From assembly GCA_016191115.1 (NCBI GenBank), contig JACPPG010000005.1, positions 23,119 through 87,118 of the forward strand: a DNA stretch of 64,000 bases. Direction: 5' to 3'. A program made the position numbers and the translations under genes. This stretch comes from Planctomycetia bacterium. GTDB lineage: Bacteria > Planctomycetota > Planctomycetia > Pirellulales > JACPPG01. Under the pieces are notes generated by a model, which saw only the letters and a program-made list of their open reading frames with translations, had not been told where the DNA came from and did not search any database. Below, in pieces: positions 63,287-64,000 of the stretch (positions within the stretch are counted from its first letter, which is position 1; every line of letters starts with the position of its first letter).

Positions 63287-63742
63287 TCAGGTCACGTCGA
63301 GAATCGTCAAACCGCATGCGGCAGAGGCCACGGCGAGGAGTTTCTTGTCCGCCGCCACGAACCCGGCGACCGCGCCGCGGCGGTGCAATGCCTGAGCCGT
63401 CGCCAGATGAATAGCGTCGACCGTCCGAATGCTGTGTGTCATGCCGTGTGTAGCGAAGATGGTAGCGGCTCCTTCGAGGCGACGGCTGCTGACCGCGGCT
63501 ACGTTCAGAATCCCAGTCCCCACGTCCTCTTCCAATCGGGCGATCAGCCTGGCGAAATCTGCTTCGGCAAGGACTCGCTCGCGAACGAGGCGTGCAAACG
63601 CGGAATGGATCTCGACTATCGCTATCCGTGAAATGAACAACCGGTTGTCTGCCGCGGCGAACAGGGCATCAACACCGGTTGAACCGTGCTCTTGGTGGTA
63701 GCGCTTCACCAGGGCGCTAGAGTCGAGGAAGTAACGAGCCAT
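63287..63742 (-). CDS. vapC: VapC-family PIN-domain toxin
   Basis: FLDSSALVKRY..E, DAIHLA and ADKKL. Confidence 0.9.
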   Translation of the reverse strand: MARYFLDSSALVKRYHQEHGSTGVDALFAAADNRLFISRIAIVEIHSAFARLVRERVLAEADFARLIARLEEDVGTGILNVAAVSSRRLEGAATIFATHGMTHSIRTVDAIHLATAQALHRRGAVAGFVAADKKLLAVASAACGLTILDVT

Positions 63743-63743
63743 C

Positions 63744-64000
63744 TTAACGCTCGTCTCGTTCCTCAGAAATACGATCTGCCAACGACCCCCTGAAGGCACT
63801 CAGCGTCCGCCGCACTTCCTCCAGCGAAGGCGCGCGTCCCAGCCCTTGACGGCACGAGTCCATAAACTCATCATCGAGCAAGTCTTCAACATTGGCCAGA
63901 TCACCCACTTGAGTCGGCGGGGATTCCACGTTCAACGACACACGCTGGCCATTGGCAAGCTGTACGGGATTCTCGGGACGAAACACCCCATTCTCAAAGA
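63744..64000 (-). CDS. AF2212/DUF104-like antitoxin, 5' end outside the window
   Basis: FENGVFRP..PV.L..G..V motif directly upstream of vapC. Confidence 0.8.
   Translation of the reverse strand, partial: FENGVFRPENPVQLANGQRVSLNVESPPTQVGDLANVEDLLDDEFMDSCRQGLGRAPSLEEVRRTLSAFRGSLADRISEERDER

Overview
GC-rich bacterial chromosomal DNA, very probably a Planctomycete (Pirellulales-like). Support: a DUF1559 prepilin-like gene, a PEP-CTERM protein, Zn-ribbon membrane proteins and many REP-like hairpins. There are about 55 mostly unlinked housekeeping and accessory genes: a giant DUF4082/Ig-like surface protein, glycosyltransferases, a pectate lyase-BNR fusion, an ECF sigma/anti-sigma pair, rpoD, sufU-sufS, cytochrome c peroxidase, TadG-vWA, mgtE, a desaturase, pirin, a cyclophilin, an egtB + ABC transporter + DUF427 operon and a VapBC-like pair. 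The most striking signal is non-coding. Six copies of a 157-bp non-autonomous element have CAGGGCC ends and 10-11-bp target duplications (ISAs1-like MITE). Two copies of a second ~125-bp MITE have different ends but a related REP-like internal hairpin. At least five further REP-like hairpin families are present. Also notable are a structurally non-canonical tRNA-Cys (G8/G14, A15/A48) and a chimeric deletion-scar pseudogene. No transposase, integrase, CRISPR array or rRNA was seen. Family assignments come from motif recognition only; no database search was run.
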